Notes under the pieces: generated by a model | The model's input: the letters and a program-made list of their open reading frames with translations, nothing else | Told to the model about the DNA's origin: nothing | The model's database searches: none | Translations under genes and position numbers: made by a program | NCBI RefSeq assembly: GCF_028464065.1 | Contig: NZ_CP116808.1 | Span: 1,007,886-1,071,885, forward strand | Length of the DNA: 64,000 nt | Origin: Saprospira sp. CCB-QB6 | Lineage (GTDB): Bacteria; Bacteroidota; Bacteroidia; Chitinophagales; Saprospiraceae | Reading direction: 5' to 3' | Shown: piece after piece, positions 18,794 through 27,601 of the stretch | How the letters are laid out: each line of letters opens with the position of its first letter | How positions within the stretch are numbered: the stretch's first letter is position 1

Positions 18794-19795
18794 CTAGAAG
18801 CGGGCTGATTTACAGCCCTGGCGCTTGCGGCGACGCTTGCGAGAGCCCACCAAGCCATTATCAATAAAGTTGTAAGAAATAGTTACGCCAGTGATGAGAT
18901 ACCAATCTTGGGCCTTATCTCCACGCGTAGTTTGTCCGCCCCTTTCGGCTACAGCGGCATCATAAGCATCTTGAGTGGGGAAATCGGCGCCAAAGGTGCC
19001 CCCACTTTGATTGACCAAATACTCATAGGTGCGATCCGACATTAGTTGTTGCTCAGAGAGGTTGCCAAATTGCCCTGCATCATAAGGAGTTTGATCGTAG
19101 AGAGAAGTAGCTGGATTGGTTGTAACATCATAGGGATAGCTCAAAGAGACATCATCTAGATAATCTGTAAAGGTTTTGCGGAAGCCAATCTCGAAGCCAA
19201 TATTGAGGTGGCTATGAATGGCGAACTTTACGCCCAAGCCCATCGGAATAGAAAGCTGCGTAAGTTCATAAGCAGTTCGGTTAGGGAGATTGGGGTTGCC
19301 TTGTCCTTCTGTAGCCAAAGGTTGAAGTTCTACCCATTCGTCATCTCGGTTGGGGTCAAAATGCTTGGCTTTGGGGTTGTAGTTAAACACGCCCAAACCG
19401 ATAAAAGCATAGGGAGAAAACAATTTCTTGTGGCCCATAGTATGGTAGCCCATAAAGTTGATTTCGGCCATCAATGCGCCCTCAAAGATATGAGAGCGGA
19501 AGTGTAGGTTGCGAATTTGGTTGCGCAACTCTTTAGAGTCTTGATCATTGCCCGAAATATTGCCGTAGCTAGCTTGCAACCTAAAATTAAGGTATTGGTT
19601 GAGGTTGTAGCGGGCAAAAATCCCCCCAGCCAAATGGAGGTGCTTGGTATCGAGCATAGAATTGACTAGCTCGCCCGAATAGCTAGAGGTCCCTAGTTGG
19701 GCCCCCACCTCAAAGTAGGGCCGGGCCCAGCTGTGTTGGGCTTGAACAAAAAAGGGAAAAGAAAGCGCTAAAAAGAAGAGTGATAGTTTTTTCAT
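18794..19795 (-). CDS. outer-membrane beta-barrel protein, DUF6089-like; paralog of 42464..43420
   Basis: Signal peptide present. Conserved blocks are shared with the 42464 gene, for example PYAFIGLGVFNYNP, LQPLATEGQG and FTDYLDDVS. Confidence 0.55.
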   Translation of the reverse strand: MKKLSLFFLALSFPFFVQAQHSWARPYFEVGAQLGTSSYSGELVNSMLDTKHLHLAGGIFARYNLNQYLNFRLQASYGNISGNDQDSKELRNQIRNLHFRSHIFEGALMAEINFMGYHTMGHKKLFSPYAFIGLGVFNYNPKAKHFDPNRDDEWVELQPLATEGQGNPNLPNRTAYELTQLSIPMGLGVKFAIHSHLNIGFEIGFRKTFTDYLDDVSLSYPYDVTTNPATSLYDQTPYDAGQFGNLSEQQLMSDRTYEYLVNQSGGTFGADFPTQDAYDAAVAERGGQTTRGDKAQDWYLITGVTISYNFIDNGLVGSRKRRRKRQGCKSARF

Positions 19796-19883
19796 AAAAG
19801 CAGTTTTGAATTGGCGGGGTTGGGGGATCGGCGATGAAGGTATTTAAAAATACAATTTTAAAATGGCTTAGCCAAATTCCAAC

Positions 19884-20855
19884 TTATTGAGGAATAATCA
19901 ACTCATAATCCTCATAATTTAGTCCTCCCCAAACGCCTAAGCCCCCCTGAATATTGGATTCTATACGGACATAATTGCCAAAAGGACCCTGACTGCCCGA
20001 ACTATACTCAAAGGTTTGCCAAAACCTAAAGTGCGGATAATCAATATTCCCTAGCCGAACTACAGCGGTATCTCCCCGCCAATAATAGCCCGCCGTCTCA
20101 AAGTCAAACTCAGAAATAAAAGACTGCCCCCGTTGTATAGGCACCTCAAAACCCGAACGCCCATCAAAAATCTTATCGTCTGTAACTGATTGCCCCAAAA
20201 GGGGATAAAAAGGCTCATCATTTCGCTTAGTAAAAATGCGATAGTAGTTTTCCTGCCCCCCAGGGTCTGTAACCGAGGCCCGCAACTCGACCAAAGAGTC
20301 ATTGTCTGGATAATCGGGATGGTTGACATAATACAGACTATCAAAACTCACCAAAGGCACTAAGGTCGTCACCGCCGAAACGCTATCATCTCCTGCTCGA
20401 ACGACTAGGCTATAGCTCCGCCCAGGAGCAATCTCTAAAGGAGATAAATTTAGAAAGCCAAAAATATCTATGTAAATACAGTACTCCAATTCGGTAACAG
20501 AAATGCCCCCCAAACCCAAAAACTCAGCAACGCTTTGCGCTATGGCTGTATCTAAGGCCGCCAAATCGCCCAAACAAAACTCGGTCAATTGCACCTCATT
20601 CTCGCCATCCGATACGCGAACATCTGCATCATGTACAAAGAGTTCAGCTAGGCGTTCTGGACTCAAATCGCCCATATAAGCCGAACTTTGAGTCAAAATA
20701 ACGTAGGGAGGCAAAGCCCCCGGCCCATACTCTACATAACCTTCCACCACCAACTGAGGCCCATCAAAAACATCCTCTGGAGTGTACTCTTCCTCACAGG
20801 CCATCAGGCCCAATAAAAGTAGCAAGCAAGCCAAAAAAGGGAGATAATTTCGCAT
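19884..20855 (-). CDS. hypothetical lipoprotein (323 aa)
   Basis: Signal peptide with a lipobox (LLGLMACEEEY). No recognised domain. Confidence 0.5.
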   Translation of the reverse strand: MRNYLPFLACLLLLLGLMACEEEYTPEDVFDGPQLVVEGYVEYGPGALPPYVILTQSSAYMGDLSPERLAELFVHDADVRVSDGENEVQLTEFCLGDLAALDTAIAQSVAEFLGLGGISVTELEYCIYIDIFGFLNLSPLEIAPGRSYSLVVRAGDDSVSAVTTLVPLVSFDSLYYVNHPDYPDNDSLVELRASVTDPGGQENYYRIFTKRNDEPFYPLLGQSVTDDKIFDGRSGFEVPIQRGQSFISEFDFETAGYYWRGDTAVVRLGNIDYPHFRFWQTFEYSSGSQGPFGNYVRIESNIQGGLGVWGGLNYEDYELIIPQ

Positions 20856-21177
20856 GTTTTTCTTTTACCGCTTTAACGATGAGCAAGGCCCAAAGGTTGA
20901 TGCCTTCACTGCTTTATTCTGTTTTTTTGGGGACTATTTAAAATTTTGTGTCTGCCCTTTCCTGCGCCTAGGGACAAGCCCCTAGGCTAGCTTTTCAGAC
21001 AGCCCTCTAAAGAGGGCCTTTGGATAAGGGCCTTCTCTGTAATAACTACTTAGAAAGGCCGTGTATATACACCTTTGAGGCCCTTTAGGGCTGACTCCAT
21101 TTGATTAGTCTAGGGCTTGTCCCTAGGCGATAATTGGCTGAATCCTGCTTTTGAAAGTCAAGCTAAAAGCTCAAATT

Positions 21178-21358
21178 TTATGAGGGTTTTAACCTACAGG
21201 CCCGAAGGGCCGCAGGCCTAGCGATGCGGCGGGGTGGCCCGAAGGGCCAGACCAAGGCGCTGCAAGCGCCGCAGGGCCGAGCAGCCTTGCGAGCCCCAAA
21301 GCGACAACAAGAACTTTAGTTCGCAGTTCGACGACCAAAGGGAGTAACGCCCCCAAAA
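21178..21358 (-). repeat. GC-rich repeat element R7
   Basis: Includes a tgagggttttaacctacagg module and the cgacaacaagaactttagttcgcagttcgacgacc module, ending gcccccaaaaat. Confidence 0.7.
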
Positions 21359-21525
21359 ATCATTTTTATCTAGATCGTTGTCTTCCTGAAAAACACATAA
21401 TTCCACAGATAAAAATGCAGCTTAGGCAGCAAAGGCCCTATCTTCAACGTATTAAGAACAAATGGGAAAACTTGCCCCATATCGAGAGAATGCACCCCAT
21501 TTCCCTCCACTGATAATTATCTGCT

Positions 21526-22107
21526 ATGGATTTTGCCTTAAATATATCTTCCAAAAAAGAGCGCGACCAGACGGCCAAAGAGCAAGAGGCGCAGCTCATC
21601 CAAGCCTGCTTAGAGGAAAAGCGTTGGGCCCAAAAAGAACTTTACGAACGGTTCTATGGGCGCATGCTGGGGGTTTGTCTCCGCTATTCCAATAATAGCG
21701 AAGATGCCCGCGACATTCTAAATGAAGGCTATATTAAAGTGTTCCGCTACCTGCATCGCTATAAAATAGGGACCTCCCTAGATGCTTGGATTAGACGGAT
21801 TATGATTAACACCTCTATTGATTTTTACCGCAAGGCCATTCGCCACCGTAGCGAAGATATAGAAACGGCCCAGCACAAAATCTCTGAGGATGCCGATGCG
21901 GTAAGCCGCTATTCCGCCAAAGAAATTATGGCCGTGATCCAAAAACTGCCCCCCTCCTATCGGGCCGTTTTTAACCTCTATGCCATAGAAGGTTTTTCCC
22001 ATAGAGAAGTGGCCGAAAAACTTGATATAACGGAAAGTACTTCCCGATCCAACTTAGTGAAGGCCAGAGCCAAACTAAGAGAATACATTAAACAATTATA
22101 TCACTAA
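21526..22107 (+). CDS. RNA polymerase sigma-70 factor, ECF subfamily
   Basis: A region-2 pattern (DARDILNEGYIKVFRY) and a region-4 helix-turn-helix (ESTSRSNLVKARAKLREYI). Length is 193 aa. Confidence 0.8.
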   Translation: MDFALNISSKKERDQTAKEQEAQLIQACLEEKRWAQKELYERFYGRMLGVCLRYSNNSEDARDILNEGYIKVFRYLHRYKIGTSLDAWIRRIMINTSIDFYRKAIRHRSEDIETAQHKISEDADAVSRYSAKEIMAVIQKLPPSYRAVFNLYAIEGFSHREVAEKLDITESTSRSNLVKARAKLREYIKQLYH

Positions 22108-22127
22108 GCGCTAGAGAGACTTCGCTT

Positions 22128-23789
22128 ATGAAAGAAGATTTTGACAAATTCGATGAGTGGAACCGAAAACTCTTTGATGAGTTTGAGGCAGACACCCATA
22201 ATATGGCTGAGGATTGGAGTAAATTTGAAACCGCCTGGGAACAAACTTCTGAGGAAGAAGAAGAATTTGACCAATTGGCCCTAACTGCTTTGGGCCAGTT
22301 TGAAGCCAGCAAGGAATTTATGGCTAAAGATTGGGACCGATTACAACATGATTTGAACCTCAATACCGAAGAAGCCGAAGAACTAGATGCCCTCGCTCGC
22401 CAAGCCCTTGCCGCCTATTCCGCAACAGAATATAATATGTCCGAGGATTGGAGCCGCCTAGAAGCCGCTCTGGATGAAGAAGATCGTCCCGCTGTTTTTT
22501 GGTTCAAAACCATGGAAGCTGGCCTGCTATTACTCTCGCTCTTTACTCTCATCAATCTCTACTATCTGCAACCCATGCAATCAGAGGAGGGCGATGGCCA
22601 TAAAACAAAAACCCAAGGCCTGAATGCTGAACAACCATTGGCCCAAAACAGCCCCCTATCTAAAACTCTGGGAACCAAAGAGAAAGCCCCCGCTTTATCT
22701 GCTGGAGAAAATACAGCCCTAATACAGGCATTGCGCCTTAGCAAAAAGCCATTACAAATTGCTTCAGGCCAGGCGCTGCGGGGACAAGCTCCCACAGGGG
22801 CTTTTACCCAAAGTTTTGGGGCTGGCGCTCAATTGCCACCCTTTGTTCAAGGCCAAAATTTTGCTAAGGCTGCAGCTGGCGCTCGCGCCAATGCCCTTGC
22901 CGCCCAAAAAGAGGAGCAAACTTCTGAACAAACAGAGAACAATAGCACTTTTCCCAAAAAAGAAACAGCTCAACAAGCTGCGGCCAAAGAAGAACCCAAA
23001 AACCAGGCTGCTCCTTTTGCCAATATTGACCTAAGCGAGCAAGGCTTGCCCTTGGCCACTTATTTGGCCAAAAAGGACAGCAACGATTTGGAGCAATTGA
23101 AGGAGGACCTCAGTTTCCAACTCAAATGCCCCTATAGCTTACCCAAAATCTACAACCGCCACCGCCATTTGGGCCTTTACACGGGCTTTAATTTGGGGCT
23201 GGGCGAAACCAATCAACTCGGTAGTGGACAAGCAGGCATACAGTTTGGCCTCCAACTAGAACAAGAGCTCAATAAAAACTGGGGCTTGTCGGTTGGCCTT
23301 TTTTGGCAGCGTCAAAATTACGCCCTCTTTCAACAGTCTAGCTTACTTTTACCCGATGGCCAAAACTATAATCGCCAAATCAACAAGGAAGAAGGACTGC
23401 AGCTGCTGCAATTGCCGCTACAACTTCGCTATACCTTATACAGCGATAACAAATGGGAGTTGCAAGCCTTGGCAGGAGGGCTCTATCAGTTGTCTTTGTA
23501 TCGTCAACAAGCTGGACAAGAAGAACTGGAGGGACAACAAGCTGCTGGGCACATCCTAGAACGAACTTACCTCCCCCATCAACCCGAAAATGCTGCAATT
23601 TTACAAGATGGTGCTTGGGCCAATAATCAACAGTTTGCCTTGCAATTTGGCTTGGGACTCGATCGCCAACTGGGCGACCATTATCGCCTCTCGCTACAAG
23701 CGCATTACCTCCGCCAACTAGCCCAAAATGACCAAATGGCCAAAAATCATGTCCAGTTGTTAGTCGGCCTAAAATATCGCTTACCTTAA
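22128..23789 (+). CDS. putative anti-sigma factor / membrane protein with C-terminal OMP-like beta-barrel domain
   Basis: Located 21 bp after the ECF sigma gene. The N-terminus has three repeats of about 38 aa (EDWS.FE/L). There is a single TM helix and an A/Q-rich linker. The C-terminal roughly 230 aa show an alternating beta-strand pattern. Confidence 0.45.
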   Translation: MKEDFDKFDEWNRKLFDEFEADTHNMAEDWSKFETAWEQTSEEEEEFDQLALTALGQFEASKEFMAKDWDRLQHDLNLNTEEAEELDALARQALAAYSATEYNMSEDWSRLEAALDEEDRPAVFWFKTMEAGLLLLSLFTLINLYYLQPMQSEEGDGHKTKTQGLNAEQPLAQNSPLSKTLGTKEKAPALSAGENTALIQALRLSKKPLQIASGQALRGQAPTGAFTQSFGAGAQLPPFVQGQNFAKAAAGARANALAAQKEEQTSEQTENNSTFPKKETAQQAAAKEEPKNQAAPFANIDLSEQGLPLATYLAKKDSNDLEQLKEDLSFQLKCPYSLPKIYNRHRHLGLYTGFNLGLGETNQLGSGQAGIQFGLQLEQELNKNWGLSVGLFWQRQNYALFQQSSLLLPDGQNYNRQINKEEGLQLLQLPLQLRYTLYSDNKWELQALAGGLYQLSLYRQQAGQEELEGQQAAGHILERTYLPHQPENAAILQDGAWANNQQFALQFGLGLDRQLGDHYRLSLQAHYLRQLAQNDQMAKNHVQLLVGLKYRLP

Positions 23790-23802
23790 TTTTTTACTCA
23801 TT

Positions 23803-23955
23803 TTTTGGGGCCCGCGGCCGGCTAGCCCTTGGCGAGGCGGCCGCCGCTATGCTGCGGGGCTCGCAAGGCTGCTCGGCCCTGCGGGCATCACTGCGTTTCG
23901 CCCTCGGTCTGCGGCTATGCCGCCCCCCTTCGCAGCGCTGGGCCGCTCACCCTTC
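23803..23955 (+). repeat. GC-rich repeat element R8
   Basis: ttttttggggcccgcggccggc...gctatgctgcggggctcgcaaggctgctcggccctgcggg... Confidence 0.75.
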
Positions 23956-23984
23956 TTTTTAGACCAAACTATTTTCTGCGGCCG

Positions 23985-25196
23985 CTAAAGCTTATAACTT
24001 TTCCATTGCCCATTTTTATCTTTGATGCGAAATTGGCGGCTGGGGCCCGCTTGACGCTTTTGGATTTCCTCATAAACCAGCTTCAAATCGCTTTCTTTTT
24101 CCCGATAATAGGCAAAGCGCATTTTGGTGGGCAGGCAATCTAAATTGGCTTGCTCTTCAGAGCGGAGAATGAAGGCTTGACAACCATAACCACAAACTTT
24201 TTGTGCTGGACAACTTTCGCAATCGTACCAGTTTTCTGGTTTGCGCATGAAAGTCGGCAATTTTTTGGGCCAGTTGTTTTTTCTCTTTTCGGCTGGCTTG
24301 CTGATGTTCAGAAACATGGCCCAAATAATAAGCAGGCTCATTCCATGCAAAGCGCCCACAAGGCAACAAATGCCCCTCTGGTGTAATCCCCAAAGCCGAA
24401 CGGCCCGCCCCACAGGTTTTTTCATGACAAAGGGTGGGCTTGGCTTGCTCTGGCTCAAAATAACGGCCCAACTCCAAGGCAATATTGCTTTCTATTAGCG
24501 CTTGTCCTTGAGTAGCTATCATATAATCAATAATGGCTTTTTGGGCCATAAAAATTTGCTCGGCCTGCAGTGGGGGCTGCCCATGGGCAGCCCCACTGGC
24601 GTGACCACATTAGCCTTAAAAGAACGCTGTTGGGCTTCGCTCCAAAGCCATTCGCAAAGGGTGTAAAAGTTGGGGTAATTGCTGCTGTTAATAGTGGCCA
24701 AAACGCCTGCTTTGACCTTGGCAGCTTGTAGACGCCTAAAGTTTTTAAAGACCTTGGTTTCGCCCCCTCTTTGGCTATCATCCAATAGAAAAACGGGCTG
24801 GTCCAAACTCACGCCCAACTGAATTTTATAGCGCTGAAATAGCTGAATATACTCCTCTTTGAGGCGAACCAAATTGCTTTGCATGGCAAAACTGACCCTT
24901 TTGCCTAGGCTTTTGGATAGGGCTAAGGCATAATCTAGGGCCTCCTCATACCAAGCAATGGGCAAAAGAGTGGGTTCTCCACCATGAAAGAGAAAAGTAA
25001 GTTGATCGGAAGACGTTTGGCCCAAACTCAGTTCTACTAGTTCCTTAAACTGCTCAATGGACATATCTTGGCCCGTTTTGCTTACTTTTTCGTAGCAATA
25101 CAAACAATCTAAATTGCAGCGGTAAGTTACTTTGACAATTAGGGTACTGACCGTAGAAAAGGCCGAGGGCGGAGCAGAAAACAAGCGAGAAATCAT
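23985..25196 (-). pseudogene. radical SAM/SPASM-domain maturase (anSME/peptide-modifying type), disrupted by at least 2 frameshifts
   Basis: Three overlapping minus-strand ORFs in different frames. ORF 24519..25196 carries the CNLDCLYC radical-SAM cluster. ORF 24157..24549 carries SPASM cysteines (CHEKTCGAGR...LPCGRF). ORF 23985..24482 carries CESCPAQKVCGYGCQ. Together they would encode one protein of about 400 aa. The frame break nearest the N-terminal part coincides with a palindrome at 24568-24598. Confidence 0.55.
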
Positions 25197-25239
25197 GGGC
25201 TAAAGATTGGGGAGTGAAGCCAAAACTGAAAAAGTGCTT

Positions 25240-25385
25240 ATTGGCCTAGGGATGTGGAGGGGTGGCCGCAGGCCAGACCGAGCCAGCTTGCTGGCGAAGG
25301 GCCGAGCGAATAGCGAGCCCCGCAGCAGCCCGGCGGGCCCTTGCCGCAGCGCAGCAAGGCAAAAGGGGCCCGCAGGCCCCTAAAA
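25240..25385 (-). repeat. GC-rich repeat element R9
   Basis: Contains gggccgagcgaatagcgagccccgcagc, the reverse complement of gctcgctattcgctcggccc. Confidence 0.7.
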
Positions 25386-25388
25386 AAC

Positions 25389-26018
25389 TTAATCTTCTGC
25401 TTCTTGCAGATAATTATTGATAAATCCTTTGAAGACCTTCAGGCCTGCATCAAATTTATGGTTGTTGTTGATCAGCAAATCGGCTTGCTCCTTAATGGGC
25501 GCAATATATTGTCGATAAGTGGGCATAACGTGATGCTCATAGCGATAAAGTACATCTTCTAGCGGGTAGTTGCGCTCAATGCGATCGCGTTTGATGCGGC
25601 GAGAAAGGGCCGTAGATTCGCTAGTGTAGAGAAAAACTTTAAGGTCGATCAGATCGGCTACCTGTGGGTAGTGAAAGACAAAAATGCCTTCGAGAATCAG
25701 GATGGGCGCCGCCTTAAATTTAAGCATTTGGGGCTCGACCAAAGGATTGTTGAAGGTATATTCTTGGCGCTCTATATCTTGGCCTGCAATCAGCTGGCGG
25801 ACATCTCGCTCTAGTTCTTCGGCATTGATAGAAGAGGGCAGATCAAAGTTGAGGATACCCTGATCATCGGCCTCTTGTTCTTCTCTGGGGCGGTAGTAGT
25901 GGTCCGCAGAGAGGATGCAGATTTGATCTTTGCCAAATTCTTGCTCTAAAGCAGATAAAAAAGTGGTTTTGCCCGAGCCACTTCCCCCGGTAATCCCTAT
26001 AACATAAGGTTTTTTCAT
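25389..26018 (-). CDS. udk: uridine kinase
   Basis: P-loop VIGITGGSGSGKTT with a PRK/uridine-kinase fold pattern. The start was chosen at the Met before KKPYVIG, because the track ORF is extended upstream. Confidence 0.75.
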   Translation of the reverse strand: MKKPYVIGITGGSGSGKTTFLSALEQEFGKDQICILSADHYYRPREEQEADDQGILNFDLPSSINAEELERDVRQLIAGQDIERQEYTFNNPLVEPQMLKFKAAPILILEGIFVFHYPQVADLIDLKVFLYTSESTALSRRIKRDRIERNYPLEDVLYRYEHHVMPTYRQYIAPIKEQADLLINNNHKFDAGLKVFKGFINNYLQEAED

Positions 26019-26225
26019 AACTGAATGCGCAGTTCTCGATTTTTTGATCAAAATTATCGCTGCCAAAGATAGGGCCTTTTTGCGGAAGCCACAAATTTAG
26101 GCTAGGGCCTTGATAGTGAGTATAGGCTGTTAAAAAAAACTAATATCCTGATTCAAATTCAACCTTATTTTGTATTTATAGTTAGTTTGCAAACAATTAC
26201 CGTCTACAAAAAAGAATAACCCTAT

Positions 26226-27599
26226 ATGCTAAACATTTCTTCTGGAGGATCGCTACCTGCTGAGCGGATCAAGAAATACTCTGCCTTTGAGAAGGTGGGG
26301 ACGCCCAAGAGTAGGCGTTGGTTGCTCTACACCCTTATTGTCCTTTTTCTGTTATTATTTTCTATGATCTTTTTGCCTTGGACGCAGAACATTAGTGCTA
26401 AGGGGAAAGTAACTTCTTTGCGGCCAGAAGATCGTCCGCAATCTGTTTATCCGATTATTCCGGGACGAATTGAGCAATGGTATGTGCAAGAGGGCGATAC
26501 GGTTCAGGCGGGAGATACCCTGGTCCGTTTATCGGAAATCAAGGTGGATTATATGGATCCAGAGCTGGTGCAGCGGACGCAAGAGCAGCTAGAGGCCAAA
26601 TCTTCTTCCGTTGTTTCTTACCAACAAAAAGCGGAAGCCTTGGAGCAGCGCATTCGATTGTTGCAAGAGGCGCAGGCGCTCAAGTTGGAGCAAGCACAGA
26701 ATAAGCTCAAGCAAACGCAGCTTAAAATTGCATCAGATAGTGCAAAATTAGAGGCGGCTAAAATGGCCCAAAATATTGCACAAAAGCAATTCTTGCGTAC
26801 CGATACCCTCTATCAAAAAGGGTTGAAATCTTTGACAGAATGGGAAGGCAAGCGCAATAAGATGCAAGAAACGGCGGCCAAGCTCAATGCTGCAGAGAAT
26901 AAATTAGAGTTATCTAAGAATGAATACCTTAATGCTAAAATTGCCTTGAATAGCATTCGGGCCGATTATGGGGATAAATTGGCTAAGGCCGAATCGGATC
27001 GCCTTTCGGCTTTAACGGCAGGTTTTGATAGCCAAGAGAAGGTAGCCAAGCTCAAAAATACCAAAGCCAATTATCAGAATCGCCAGCAGTTCTATTATAT
27101 CTTGGCTCCTCAAGATGGTTTTATTTCTAAAATTTACAAAAAAGGGATTGGCGAGACGCTCAAAGAAACGGAACAGCTACTTGCGGTGGCGCCGCTTTCT
27201 CCACCTCCTGCCGTAGAAATCTATGTGCGGCCGATGGATTATCCCTTGCTCCAAAAGGGAGAAACCGTCATCTTTACCTTTGATGGCTGGCCAGCGTTTG
27301 TATTTGCGGGTTGGCCCAATCAATCGGTAGGAACCTTTAGGGGGAAAGTTTATGCGGTAGATAATGCAGTGAGTGACAACTCTATGTTTAGAGCCTTAGT
27401 TGTTCCTGATCCTTATGCGGCCAAACCTTGGCCCAATGGCCTTCGGGTAGGGGCTGCAGCAGAAGCTCGCATTTTGCTCAAAGATGTATATTTGGGTTAT
27501 GAAATTTGGCGGCAGCTCAATGGTTTCCCACCAGATTACTACAATATCAATTATGAAAAAGTCAAGATGAAAGCTCCTGTCAATCAGCTCAAAAAATAA
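26226..27599 (+). CDS. HlyD-family periplasmic adaptor (membrane fusion protein)
   Basis: N-terminal cytoplasmic segment followed by a TM helix, a long coiled-coil and a beta-barrel C-terminal domain. This resembles the adaptors of bacteriocin/type I exporters. Confidence 0.75.
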   Translation: MLNISSGGSLPAERIKKYSAFEKVGTPKSRRWLLYTLIVLFLLLFSMIFLPWTQNISAKGKVTSLRPEDRPQSVYPIIPGRIEQWYVQEGDTVQAGDTLVRLSEIKVDYMDPELVQRTQEQLEAKSSSVVSYQQKAEALEQRIRLLQEAQALKLEQAQNKLKQTQLKIASDSAKLEAAKMAQNIAQKQFLRTDTLYQKGLKSLTEWEGKRNKMQETAAKLNAAENKLELSKNEYLNAKIALNSIRADYGDKLAKAESDRLSALTAGFDSQEKVAKLKNTKANYQNRQQFYYILAPQDGFISKIYKKGIGETLKETEQLLAVAPLSPPPAVEIYVRPMDYPLLQKGETVIFTFDGWPAFVFAGWPNQSVGTFRGKVYAVDNAVSDNSMFRALVVPDPYAAKPWPNGLRVGAAAEARILLKDVYLGYEIWRQLNGFPPDYYNINYEKVKMKAPVNQLKK

Positions 27600-27601
27600 G
27601 C

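Noticed and set aside
22759-23034. Small ORFs nested in the anti-sigma-like gene (22759..23034, 22764..22976, 22562..22795) and in other long genes
   Set aside because: They lie fully inside, or antisense to, a much longer ORF with coherent domain structure. They carry no distinctive signal.
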